From: a virus
Strand: one strand, 5' to 3'
Length of the DNA stretch: 64,000 nucleotides
Virus record (IMG/VR): IMGVR_UViG_3300030002_000007
Location: 17,479-81,478 of that record
A program made the position numbers and the translations under genes. This document shows, in pieces, positions 38,971 to 48,246 of the stretch (position 1 is its first letter; the number at the start of each line of letters is the position of its first letter). The notes beneath the pieces were generated by a model, which had not been told where the DNA came from, did no database searches, and saw only the letters and a program-made list of their open reading frames with translations.

Positions 38971-39279
38971 ATGCCGGCGATAGAGTATCTTGCCCTGTAT
39001 TCAACGAACTGCAAGCGTTGCCACTACCTTGATCCACAGGAGCCGAAGAAGTTCACCCGGTGCCATTTCTCCAAAGGCAATACCGACTGCCCCGCAACTG
39101 AAATACGAATCGTGATTGCAGGGAAAGCGACGCGCATGGCTCACAAAGTAGTGGAAGCACGAAAGAACAGAGACAGCGTTGCCGAGGCTGCGATCTTTGC
39201 AGCACTAGTGAGTGAGAGTGCCGCATTTCAATCTCGTTTTTACGACGATCTGGAGAGCATATGCCCCAAAAAGTCATAA
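38971..39279 (+). CDS. hypothetical protein
   Basis: RBS AGGAG, Cys-rich. Confidence 0.6.
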   Translation: MPAIEYLALYSTNCKRCHYLDPQEPKKFTRCHFSKGNTDCPATEIRIVIAGKATRMAHKVVEARKNRDSVAEAAIFAALVSESAAFQSRFYDDLESICPKKS

Positions 39280-39725
39280 CGTTAGTCAAGCTGAAACAGT
39301 GGCTCATCCCCGCTGACATTGATAGTTACCGAATTCTGCACCAACTCAAAGTCCCGAACGTTCGCTTCCATGAAGAGTTCCTTCCGACCTTGATGTTGCT
39401 CCTGAAGAAAAAGAAAGTTGAAGTTCAAGGCCTACCGTTTGCCGACGTCTTGAACGAGTTCATGGATCGCTTCGTTTCGGAATGGGAAAAGAACCCGAAG
39501 CGCACCATCTACATGTCGAAGGGAGTACTCAAGCTCGAATCGAAAGACCTGCGGAATGTGAAGCGTACTTTCCCCGAGGCTGAGACCTGCCTTCGCCGAT
39601 TCTTCCGTCGTTGGGGTTTCGACAACACGGCGACCTTCTCCGAATCACCAACTCGAGCAAAGCTTGTAGTGACGTTCGAGATCTCAAAGACCAAACAACC
39701 GATCATCGAGTTCCTGAAGGACTGA
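39261..39725 (+). CDS. hypothetical protein
   Basis: Coupled ORF. Confidence 0.65.
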   Translation: MPQKVITLVKLKQWLIPADIDSYRILHQLKVPNVRFHEEFLPTLMLLLKKKKVEVQGLPFADVLNEFMDRFVSEWEKNPKRTIYMSKGVLKLESKDLRNVKRTFPEAETCLRRFFRRWGFDNTATFSESPTRAKLVVTFEISKTKQPIIEFLKD

Positions 39726-39727
39726 GC

Positions 39728-40054
39728 ATGGAAGCGCGAAAGCGAAAACCAGCCGAGCCGTACATCTCGCAATTTGAATGCAAGGCGATCGACCTTCTGT
39801 TGAAGTTGGGTCCGTGCATTGGTCGAGTGTTCGCTGTAAAGTATTGGGGTGTAGTCAAGCACAGTAGCAGTAAGTACTCGGACTATGCGCTGAAAGGTGC
39901 TGTAGGTCTGAACCGGATGCGTCGGCATGGCCTAGTATATAGCACTGTTCCGAGCAGCGGGTTTAAGTCCCCAGCGTATCACCTGTGGCACGTAACTGAA
40001 TTGGGTATCCTCTTGCAACACAACTACCTCGCACGATATGGCGAACCAAAATGA
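39728..40054 (+). CDS. hypothetical protein (possible wHTH)
   Basis: LNRMRRHGLV...WHVTELG. Confidence 0.55.
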   Translation: MEARKRKPAEPYISQFECKAIDLLLKLGPCIGRVFAVKYWGVVKHSSSKYSDYALKGAVGLNRMRRHGLVYSTVPSSGFKSPAYHLWHVTELGILLQHNYLARYGEPK

Positions 40055-41970
40055 CGACAACGACAACAAAGAGTGCAGTACCTCGTAAATATGATTCGGA
40101 TAGTATTGAAACACTTCAGTTCCCTCTCAACGTTAGAGCTAATGCGTCGCAGTACATCGGCGGTGTGGACGAGCAAGGTCTGTTCAACGTGTGGCGGGAG
40201 TTGGGAGACAATGCAGTTGATGAAGCATTAGCTGGACGCAACACCGGAGTCCTGTTCTACTTCGACAAGGACGGCAGCTACTGGGTGCAGGATAAGGGTC
40301 ATGGCATCCCGCAAGGCATGAAGACGCAGATCATCAATGTGTCCGGCAAGCCGGTCAAGAGCCAGATGCCAACGATGCAAGCTGTGTTCGGCGCTCTGCA
40401 TACCTCCGGCAAGTATCGCGACGACGCGTACAAAGTGTCGATCGGGTCACACGGCATTGGCGCAAAGGGTACGAATGCGACGGCTGAGTTCTTCGAAGTG
40501 TGGACGAAGTACGAAAATCAGTGGTACAACATCGCATTCAAGAAAGGCCACTTGATCACCGGCGTGCGCAAATGCAACAGACCCAAAGCGCCAGTCGGCA
40601 CGATCACTGAAGGCACGCTGATCCACTACAAGCCGGACAGCACGATCTTCTCAGCCAAGCGCTTCCCAGTATCAATGGCCGTCGAGTGGGCACAGATCAT
40701 GGCCTACATGAACCCCGGCTTCAAGATCATCCTTGCTGCTCATACCGGCAAGACGAAGAGCTTCTACTCCAAGCTGGGTGCAAAGGACTATATCACTGAG
40801 CGTTTGACGGTCATGAAGTGTGATGCAGAGCCCTCCGTGTTCGAGCATCATTCGTCGTTGGCAGACGTCGTAATTGCCTTTTCATCCTACGATGGATCAG
40901 ACCTCCGGGGTTTCACAAACGGCCTCTTCAACATACAGGGCGGGTATCATGTCGACGCTGTGTCGAAAGCCCTGTACCGAGCCATCGAGCCGTACAAGAA
41001 CAAGAAGCACACGTTCACTCGCCGTGAGTTCGATGATGGGCTTCTCGGTATCGTGAATGCGAAGTTGCATAAGGCATCTTTCAGTTCGCAGGACAAGGCA
41101 AAGCTCACGGACACTCGCATGGGTGCCGAGTTCGAGGAAACGTTGTTCGCTGATGCTACTGCGTTCTTCAAGGGCAACAAAGCCTTGGCCCTTCGGCTGT
41201 GCGACAAGGCCAACAAGATCGCTGAATTGCGCACGAAGTTCAAGGCGTCCAAAGCTGTGGTGTCTGCGATCAACGGCATGAGGCGTGGTGGGTTGCCGTC
41301 GAATTACGCACCAGCAGGCCGAGACGTGAAGATCAAGGATCGCGAGTTGTTCATTGTCGAAGGGGAGTCAGCAGCAGGGGGCTTCCGCAAAGTACGCGCA
41401 AGGCACCAAGCATTGCTCCCCATGCGTGGCAAGGTGTTGAACCTCCTGAAGAAGGGGCAGCAAGCCCTAGTGTCAAAGGCGATCATTGCCATCTTGGTGG
41501 CAGTCGGTTATGATGCAAAGGCTGAAGATCCTATCGGCAAGTTCCAGTTCGGACGGATCGTACTCCTTGCAGATGCTGATGCAGACGGCGGTCACATCAA
41601 CAGCCTGTTGCTCACTCTGTTCTACAAGCTGATGCCTGAAGTGTTTGATCGAGGTTTGGTCTATGTGGCAGACATGCCGGAGTTCATGGCTCAGCCGAAG
41701 GGGTTGCTAGTCACAGGCAACTCGAACAGTGAAGTGCAAGCGAAGCTCAAGACGTTGGGATTGAAAGCGCCAGTGAAGCACTTCAAGGGATGGGGTGAAG
41801 TTGATCCACCTGTGCTGAAAATCCTTGCTGTAAATGATTCACGTAAGCTGATCAAGATCCAACCGATCTCCAAAGAGTCGGGGGTTAGGTTTGAGGCCAT
41901 CATGGCGAAGGACGTTGAGGCGAGGCGCGAGGCGCTTGGCATTACCGAGGAAAAGCACCATGCAGAGTAG
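40051..41970 (+). CDS. type IIA topoisomerase ATPase/TOPRIM subunit (GyrB/ParE-like)
   Basis: ELGDNAVDE, D.GHGIP, LHTSGK, GSHGIG, VEGESA, PMRGK, DADADGGHI, FKGWGE. Confidence 0.95.
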   Translation: MTTTTTKSAVPRKYDSDSIETLQFPLNVRANASQYIGGVDEQGLFNVWRELGDNAVDEALAGRNTGVLFYFDKDGSYWVQDKGHGIPQGMKTQIINVSGKPVKSQMPTMQAVFGALHTSGKYRDDAYKVSIGSHGIGAKGTNATAEFFEVWTKYENQWYNIAFKKGHLITGVRKCNRPKAPVGTITEGTLIHYKPDSTIFSAKRFPVSMAVEWAQIMAYMNPGFKIILAAHTGKTKSFYSKLGAKDYITERLTVMKCDAEPSVFEHHSSLADVVIAFSSYDGSDLRGFTNGLFNIQGGYHVDAVSKALYRAIEPYKNKKHTFTRREFDDGLLGIVNAKLHKASFSSQDKAKLTDTRMGAEFEETLFADATAFFKGNKALALRLCDKANKIAELRTKFKASKAVVSAINGMRRGGLPSNYAPAGRDVKIKDRELFIVEGESAAGGFRKVRARHQALLPMRGKVLNLLKKGQQALVSKAIIAILVAVGYDAKAEDPIGKFQFGRIVLLADADADGGHINSLLLTLFYKLMPEVFDRGLVYVADMPEFMAQPKGLLVTGNSNSEVQAKLKTLGLKAPVKHFKGWGEVDPPVLKILAVNDSRKLIKIQPISKESGVRFEAIMAKDVEARREALGITEEKHHAE

Positions 41971-43534
41971 GCCAGCAACACCTACGGTTAAGAAAGCAGT
42001 AACGAAGCGTGCATCACCCAAAGCAAAGGGCTTGGCAACACTGGGTGGTGGCATCGTGCGTGAAGGTTCGATTGACGACTACGCGCAGGAGACAATGAGT
42101 GAGTACGCTGAAGAAGTGAACCTAGCGCGCTCAGTGCCTGATTTGATGGATGGGCTGAAGCCTGTGCAACGACGCATCATGTGGTCAGCGCACAAGATGC
42201 CCGGTTCCGGTTTCCGCAAGACAGCCCGCATAGTTGGTGATTGCATCGGTAAGTATCACCCACACGGTGACGGGTCAGTGGATGGGGCGATCGAGACGTT
42301 GGTGCAGCATCCAACGCCAACGATGCTGGGTAGCGGCAATTGGGGCGGCTTGTTGGATAGCGCGGCAGCAATGCGATACACCAACTGCAAACTGTCCAGT
42401 TACGGCGAGTCCTTCTTCCTTCCTGACTACATCAACAGTTCGGTGACGTCGTTTGTTCCCAACTACGACGGCGAAGACGACGAGCCTGTGAGCTTGCCTT
42501 CAATGCTTCCGAACGTGCTGCTCAATGGTGGTGAAGGTATCGGCGTTGGCGTCACGACGTTGATCCCGACATTCAGCCCCGAGTCGATCATTATCATGCT
42601 GAAGCGCGTGCTTGCTGGCGAGACACTGACTCCAGTCGACTACGCGAAGACCTTGAAGTTCCAGTCGAAGTGGGGTGGGCATGTATTGAACACCAAAGAG
42701 AATAGGGCGGCGTGGTTGCAACTGTTCAAGACCGGATCGGCATCAGTGCAGTTCAAGGCTGCGTTGCACATTGATCGGAACGGCAAGGCGATCGAGATTG
42801 ACGATTGGCCACCCGGCCTCAATCCTGTGGCTTTGGTCGACAAGATCAGACCCAAGGAAATGAAGAACGGCAAGGTACGTGCAGGGCTTGCCGAGGTCGA
42901 TCAGGTGTTCAATCACAACGGGGACACCGGCTTCCGCATCGAAATGAAGAAGGACCGGAACTACACGCAATTCGATGAACTGGTCAAGAAGATCGAACGC
43001 CTGACTACGTCGCGCAAGAGCTTCAAGATCAACGTTACTTATCGGAAAGCGACAGTGGAAGATGGCAAGGTGATCTTCAACACGCGGTTCCTGTCAGTGT
43101 CCATTCCGAAGTTGCTGTCCCTGTGGCTCAAGGAAAGGCTGCAGATCGAAAAGCGCAGTCTCGAGTATCGGCTGAAGAACCAAGCGGCTATGATCGCCTA
43201 CTCGAAGCTCCTGATTTACGCATCGACGAAACTCGAGGTCGTGTTTGCTGCATTGAAGTCTCAGGACTCCAAGGCTTACTTGGTGACGAACCTCAAGCTA
43301 ACACCTGAGCAAGCCGACACGATCCTTGAGTTGCGCGTTCGTCAGTTGTCGAAACTTGACAAGGCTGCAATGGAGTCGAAGCTCAAGGAACAGGTTGCCT
43401 TCGAGGCCCAGCTGCAGAAGTGGTACAAAGCCCCACGGGCCAAGGTGTCTGCTGATATGGACACTTGCCTACTGGCGATCCAGAAGGATCGGACCTATGA
43501 AAACGTGAAGGAAGAAGAGCTCACGATTGCCTAA
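41960..43534 (+). CDS. type IIA topoisomerase breakage-reunion subunit (GyrA/ParC-like, no CTD)
   Basis: DGLKPVQRRI, KYHPHGD, GNWG, AAMRYT, PNYDG, GIGVG. Confidence 0.95.
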   Translation: MQSRPATPTVKKAVTKRASPKAKGLATLGGGIVREGSIDDYAQETMSEYAEEVNLARSVPDLMDGLKPVQRRIMWSAHKMPGSGFRKTARIVGDCIGKYHPHGDGSVDGAIETLVQHPTPTMLGSGNWGGLLDSAAAMRYTNCKLSSYGESFFLPDYINSSVTSFVPNYDGEDDEPVSLPSMLPNVLLNGGEGIGVGVTTLIPTFSPESIIIMLKRVLAGETLTPVDYAKTLKFQSKWGGHVLNTKENRAAWLQLFKTGSASVQFKAALHIDRNGKAIEIDDWPPGLNPVALVDKIRPKEMKNGKVRAGLAEVDQVFNHNGDTGFRIEMKKDRNYTQFDELVKKIERLTTSRKSFKINVTYRKATVEDGKVIFNTRFLSVSIPKLLSLWLKERLQIEKRSLEYRLKNQAAMIAYSKLLIYASTKLEVVFAALKSQDSKAYLVTNLKLTPEQADTILELRVRQLSKLDKAAMESKLKEQVAFEAQLQKWYKAPRAKVSADMDTCLLAIQKDRTYENVKEEELTIA

Positions 43535-43597
43535 TTTTTAAGCACGGATTTGCGAGGAGAACCAGCAGATATCTTGGTTTTCTTTGCGATGTAGTAC

Positions 43598-43636
43598 TTG
43601 TTTTCTCCTGCTTTTTCCTGTAAAATGAGGTTGTAG
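43598..43636 (+). promoter_or_regulatory. sigma70-type promoter, repeat copy 3
   Basis: TTGTTT-17-TAAAAT; TTTTTCCTGTAAAATGAGGTTGTAG. Confidence 0.7.
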
Positions 43637-43712
43637 GGGCAACAAGGATGTTGTAAATCAAATGCAGGGATCCTCCCTGTATCATTTTCTAACTCGATAG
43701 AAGGAAAAAATC

Positions 43713-44036
43713 ATGTTGAAAGAACTCGCTCAAATCACCAAAGGCGTTCGTGTCCTGACCCGTGAAAATGGTTCACTGCAACGCAAGCTGACCGCCGCCG
43801 AAAACAAGATCGCGCGTTTGACGGGCAAAGCCGTTCCGGTCAAGGCCGCGAAAGCCGCCAAAGCGCCGGTCGCCAAAACCGTCAAGGGTAAAGTCGCCAA
43901 GGCAGCGCCGGCGAAGGCAGTCAAGGCAGCGCCGGCAAAAGCCGCCAAGGTCGTCAAGGGTGCCGCCAAGAAGGCAGCTCCGGCGAAAGCAGTCAAGGGC
44001 GGTGGCAAGAAGGCAGCCTCCGAGTTCCTGCTGTAA
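43713..44036 (+). CDS. histone H1-like (AKAAPAK-repeat) DNA-binding protein
   Basis: Coiled coil followed by KAAPAKAVK repeats. Confidence 0.75.
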   Translation: MLKELAQITKGVRVLTRENGSLQRKLTAAENKIARLTGKAVPVKAAKAAKAPVAKTVKGKVAKAAPAKAVKAAPAKAAKVVKGAAKKAAPAKAVKGGGKKAASEFLL

Positions 44037-44069
44037 TCGAAGCTGACGAGCAAGGCTGAAGTTGGAAGG

Positions 44070-44104
44070 AAGGGGAGAAAGCGTAAAGGCTATCTCCCCT
44101 TTCT
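44070..44104 (+). terminator. rho-independent terminator
   Basis: AAGGGGAGA...TCTCCCCTT + T. Confidence 0.65.
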
Positions 44105-44151
44105 CGCATTGTGCATCTGAAGTTCAACATCACTGATCGGGAGTAGCAACC

Positions 44152-44583
44152 ATGAGCAAATCGACGAAATCACCAACCAAGACGAAAAGCACGAAAGCCC
44201 CTGAGGCCAAGCCTGCATCCATCCAAGACAAAGTCAAGGAAGCACGCACTGCAAACCCCTCACTGCATCTTCTATACACTGGCTGGGCAGTCAAGCACAT
44301 CCTGTTACTCAACGACTGCATGGCTAAGCTGGCAGAGACTTCCAATAGCAACCTGCTTGCCGCACAATCTGCACTCGCTAACGCACGCGAGGATCTGATC
44401 CAGACCGATCCTGCATTCTTTGAAGCAGACGCCATCCTCGCTGGCATACAAGAGTATCTGCCGAAGCGATTGCGCTATGATCGTGAGCGGGGCACTGGTC
44501 GCCTAGTCGACACAGAGGGCAGCAAGATCGATCTTGCGACTCTGCAACCCATAGCGAGTAGTGACGCCGGGTTCGACGAGTAA
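44152..44583 (+). CDS. hypothetical protein
   Basis: RBS GGGAG. Confidence 0.65.
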   Translation: MSKSTKSPTKTKSTKAPEAKPASIQDKVKEARTANPSLHLLYTGWAVKHILLLNDCMAKLAETSNSNLLAAQSALANAREDLIQTDPAFFEADAILAGIQEYLPKRLRYDRERGTGRLVDTEGSKIDLATLQPIASSDAGFDE

Positions 44584-44660
44584 CTGATTGCAACACGGCT
44601 GGTCAGTACGCCGGTATCTGACCCACCGAACTTATCCGGCACTATAGGAGTAACAGTATC

Positions 44661-44990
44661 ATGAATGCATCTGATGAAAAATCCGTCGTTGCTTTTTTCC
44701 GCGAACTGCTCGAAGAGGGGCATAGCAATACCCCAGTCGTAGCCTTCGACTCTTCCCACATTACCGGGAAGGTTCGGAACACTCGACGCAATCGCGCGAT
44801 GGAAGACATCAATGACATCTTGTCAGGTTCAGACACTTGCGTCGAGCTAGGCGGCATTTACACCGTCTGCGAATACGAAAGCAACGTCTGGTTCTTGATT
44901 AAGGCGGAGTTGGCCACGTCTGCGACGAGTCTGTTCGATCCCGCGAAAAAGACGATAGCCGCAGCTCTCTGCGAAGAAGACGACGAGTAA
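44661..44990 (+). CDS. hypothetical protein
   Basis: RBS AGGAG. Confidence 0.65.
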   Translation: MNASDEKSVVAFFRELLEEGHSNTPVVAFDSSHITGKVRNTRRNRAMEDINDILSGSDTCVELGGIYTVCEYESNVWFLIKAELATSATSLFDPAKKTIAAALCEEDDE

Positions 44991-45079
44991 CTGATGTAGT
45001 GTAGCAAAGAGAGGGAGCTCCGACAGTGACGTCTCCCTCTCGTCGAATTTCATACATTCACCAACCGAGACGTGTTAGT

Positions 45080-45229
45080 GGAGGTGCAGCCATAGGTGTG
45101 ACCACAACGGAGGCGTAGCCGCGAGTCTACGTAAGGCAGGACGGATTGGGAAAGCAGCGTTCACGTTGCGCACCCCCTAGCGGAGCCGTTGCATCTTGCC
45201 GAGTGCTGGTTCGAATCCAGCCACCTCCA
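45080..45229 (+). ncRNA. 150-nt tRNA-like RNA with expanded D and anticodon regions
   Basis: Acceptor GGAGGTG/CACCTCC-A (pairing extends to 14 bp); canonical T arm GCTGG-TTCGAAT-CCAGC. Confidence 0.75.
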
Positions 45230-45258
45230 CTAACATTTTTCCAGAAGGAGAGCACAGC

Positions 45259-46221
45259 ATGTCTGATACAAAATCTGCAGTCGAACAACGCATTGTCAAA
45301 CTCGATCGACTCGTCGCACGGACCAAGGCGATCGCACTGGGGTTGGCTGATCTGTACGTGTGTAACAAGCCCAACCGTCTCAAATCGCTAACGGCGGCGA
45401 TGAAGACTGTCGACGCCCTGCGTGCTGAAAAGGTAGTCGGGACCCGCCTCGTGATCGATACGTGCATGAATGAGCTGACCAGTTTGCGCGAAGGCATCTT
45501 CACAGGTGCTGCCCTCGACAAATCTGACCTCCAGATTCAAACGTGTGCTGCAGCCGTTGGGAAGTTCCAAGAGCTTATGGCATCTGCCCGTCGCCGGCTG
45601 GACAGCATGAAGCGCGACAATGCCGAAGAGCAAGGCATCGAAGTCGAGGCTGACGTTGATTACTCGGAACTGGCAATCATCAAGAACCTGAAAGAGAAAG
45701 CGAAGCTGCCAGAGATCAAGGGCAAGGCCTTCGTCGTCGGTCGGGCGCCTGTGGTCATCGTCACTACGCCGGGTGGTGGTTCGTCCTCTGGTGTTCCGGG
45801 TGCGAAGAAGGTCACCTTCCAGCAAAAGGACAACCCATCGAACTTCGTCAACCGCACCGTTCTGGAGAAGGGTGGCTTCAGCGTCGACAACATCGACGGC
45901 TATGCGATCATTCACGACCAGTTAGTGATTGGCGTCAACAAGTCGATGATCGAACTCGACAAGCGTGGCCGTCCGGCGGAGACGATTCAGGAAGTGGCGC
46001 AGCGGGTCATGACTTCATTGTCCAAGGCCTCCAAGAAGCAAATGACGCTGGTCACTGACGGCGTGTATGGCTACGGCGGCGGCTCGTGGTTCTGGATCAT
46101 GCCTGAGAAAGAGATGAGCCTCTTCTCAAAAGCGTTCCCCGGTGGTCACCCCAAGTTGAAGGTTTGGGGGTTGGCCTTTGCGAATCACTCACAGACCATG
46201 GTTCGTCGCACCAAGGTCTAA
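45259..46221 (+). CDS. hypothetical protein
   Basis: RBS AAGGAG, strong codon bias. Confidence 0.75.
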   Translation: MSDTKSAVEQRIVKLDRLVARTKAIALGLADLYVCNKPNRLKSLTAAMKTVDALRAEKVVGTRLVIDTCMNELTSLREGIFTGAALDKSDLQIQTCAAAVGKFQELMASARRRLDSMKRDNAEEQGIEVEADVDYSELAIIKNLKEKAKLPEIKGKAFVVGRAPVVIVTTPGGGSSSGVPGAKKVTFQQKDNPSNFVNRTVLEKGGFSVDNIDGYAIIHDQLVIGVNKSMIELDKRGRPAETIQEVAQRVMTSLSKASKKQMTLVTDGVYGYGGGSWFWIMPEKEMSLFSKAFPGGHPKLKVWGLAFANHSQTMVRRTKV

Positions 46222-46231
46222 GGAGACATCT

Positions 46232-46822
46232 ATGAAGCTCAAGGCCGTGGAAAGGTTGACAGCTGTACCTCAGCTAATCTCGTTGAACGACGTCGAGGTC
46301 AAGGACGCCATACTTGACTGCAAGAAGAACTTCGATGCGGCTAAAGATGTAGAATCGATCGGCTCAGGTGCAAAGCTGTTTCAGTTGGACACACCTAGTG
46401 GTGGATACTTCTTCGTTATGGAAACTTCCTCCCGTGAGATTCACTACTTGGTGCGCTACAAGCAAGTGGAGCTTAGTTCCAAGCTTAATCTTCCATCTGG
46501 AAGTTCCGCCTGCCGTCAAGTCTTAGTATGGCGCACTACGAATAGTGGCTACGCGACGGGCGTTGCTGCAAAAGTGTTCTGGAAGTACCTCTTCCACCAA
46601 TATAAGGTTTTGGTGTCGGACTCACAGCAATCAGAAAAGGGTAAAGCCTTTTGGCAGTATCAAGTTCAGAAGGCGTTCGAGACAGAGCATACCGTTCGGC
46701 TGGTAAACACCAACGACTGGAGCTTCATTGAGCTTTCTTCTGAAGCCGAGCTCAATGAGCTTGCGCCCAAAGTGTGGGGTTTGCCCGATTGGTTTCGTCG
46801 CATGGTCATCGTCATCTATTGA
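46232..46822 (+). CDS. GNAT-like fold hypothetical protein
   Basis: GYATGVAAKVFW...LVSDSQQSEKGKAFW. Confidence 0.5.
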   Translation: MKLKAVERLTAVPQLISLNDVEVKDAILDCKKNFDAAKDVESIGSGAKLFQLDTPSGGYFFVMETSSREIHYLVRYKQVELSSKLNLPSGSSACRQVLVWRTTNSGYATGVAAKVFWKYLFHQYKVLVSDSQQSEKGKAFWQYQVQKAFETEHTVRLVNTNDWSFIELSSEAELNELAPKVWGLPDWFRRMVIVIY

Positions 46823-46833
46823 AAGGGATCAAC

Positions 46834-47268
46834 ATGAACAAGTACGTGCTATACGCTTTGCTTGAGCCGGACAGCCTTGCCCATCTCAAGTCTCTGATCC
46901 AGCAATCGCCCATCTCGATGCTGGACATTCCCGCGTTGTACATTGGCTACTCGGTGATGCCACTTAAGGTCGACGAGCACGCGAAGTACTCGGCAATGCC
47001 CACGACGTTCTCGCTGCAAAAGAATCCGGTGACAGGTAACACTTCGCTAGTCCTCGGTTTGACATTGACAGACGACACGCTCGAAGATCGGTTCATGGCG
47101 TTGGATTCTCCTGAGGTCGGAGAGCCCCTCGATCCCTGCATCATTATGAGTGACATGGTGCATGCCATCCCCCGCAACTACCGGGCGTACCTCAACTCGA
47201 TCGAAGAGACGTTTGCGCGTGAGCAGTTCGAGTATGAGTTTCATGCCGAGTTCGTCGTCGAGCAATAG
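46834..47268 (+). CDS. hypothetical protein, possible degenerate 2H-phosphoesterase fold
   Basis: Spacing like 57B/Acb1 proteins but no HxT motifs. Confidence 0.45.
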   Translation: MNKYVLYALLEPDSLAHLKSLIQQSPISMLDIPALYIGYSVMPLKVDEHAKYSAMPTTFSLQKNPVTGNTSLVLGLTLTDDTLEDRFMALDSPEVGEPLDPCIIMSDMVHAIPRNYRAYLNSIEETFAREQFEYEFHAEFVVEQ

Positions 47269-47270
47269 TC

Positions 47271-47696
47271 ATGTGCAGCGAAAAATGTGAGACCTCAACA
47301 GGCAGGACCCCAACTGAAGTCGGCTACTTCGATAACCTTTACCCCCACCAGCGTCGTCTGTTGGAGAGCTTGCAAGATAAGAAGGCAATAGTGTTCCTTT
47401 CACCAAACTGGTCAATGGGTGACTTGACGCAGATAGAAAGTCGTCTTGCCGCCTCCAGAGCACGAGCTCTGCCACCTCCGTGTGTCGACGGCACAGACGT
47501 TCCTGTTTATGACCTCAGCGGCGCCCGAGTTACTACACCATTGCGTGACTTCAGGCCTAATCCTTCAGAGTTCAGCGAGTACATGGCTGAGCCTGATCCT
47601 GAAGAAGAGCATGTTGCCGTTACTGCAGAGGGCAGAAAGGTGCCAAAGCAATACGGCCCTCCGCAGCACACGGGCAAGGGTAAGGCCCGGTGGTGA
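47271..47696 (+). CDS. hypothetical protein
   Basis: Coupled ORF. Confidence 0.55.
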   Translation: MCSEKCETSTGRTPTEVGYFDNLYPHQRRLLESLQDKKAIVFLSPNWSMGDLTQIESRLAASRARALPPPCVDGTDVPVYDLSGARVTTPLRDFRPNPSEFSEYMAEPDPEEEHVAVTAEGRKVPKQYGPPQHTGKGKARW

Positions 47697-48148
47697 TAAA
47701 GAGTCTGATCTTTCCGTTCTGTTGGGTCTGCCAGCGCAGGTTCAACAATCAAGTGCCTCCCGGCCCGGCACTTGAAGAACGGCATCACCTGTTTCCACAA
47801 GCGGCCGGTGGTGTAGACGGCCCGGTGGTTTCTCTGTGTGATTCAGACCACACTCGCGCCCACAAGATTGCCTACGCCATGAAGGGCAACCGATCATTCA
47901 TGCACTTGCTCGCGGGCTGTACGAAAGAGCAAGCACAGAAGCTGGTGTGGATTGCCACGCTGATCGTCAAGGCAGAGGCTTTGGCCGCCAACGATCCGAA
48001 CAAGCCAGTCAAGGTGCGGCTGATACTCAATCGCACCCGTCAGGCTCAAATGCAATGGCTACAGAAGCGCCTGAATGCCAAGTCAATGGCTGCTGTGTAT
48101 GACGCTGCCTTCGATGCCCTGTATTCGTACCATCGACGGCAATCTTGA
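47690..48148 (+). CDS. HNH-nuclease-like protein
   Basis: CWVC...EERHHLFPQAAGG...SLCDSDHTRAH. Confidence 0.65.
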   Translation: MVIKSLIFPFCWVCQRRFNNQVPPGPALEERHHLFPQAAGGVDGPVVSLCDSDHTRAHKIAYAMKGNRSFMHLLAGCTKEQAQKLVWIATLIVKAEALAANDPNKPVKVRLILNRTRQAQMQWLQKRLNAKSMAAVYDAAFDALYSYHRRQS

Positions 48149-48173
48149 CAAATGCTTGACAATGCTGTATCCT
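48145..48173 (+). promoter_or_regulatory. sigma70 promoter
   Basis: TTGACA-17-TATCCT. Confidence 0.55.
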
Positions 48174-48246
48174 GTATGTGAGAGTGCTCCATTACTCTAT
48201 TTTGGGTGGCTTATGTCACCCACACTTCTCTCAAAGGAAAAAGAAA

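Noticed and set aside
45080-45229. tRNA-Sec or group I intron-containing tRNA
   Set aside because: The TTCA lies in a 4-6 nt loop rather than a 7-nt anticodon loop, and the inserts are far too short for a self-splicing intron.
47690-48148. Mobile homing-endonuclease element
   Set aside because: HNH-like but free-standing and coupled to its neighbours, with no sign of an interrupted host gene.
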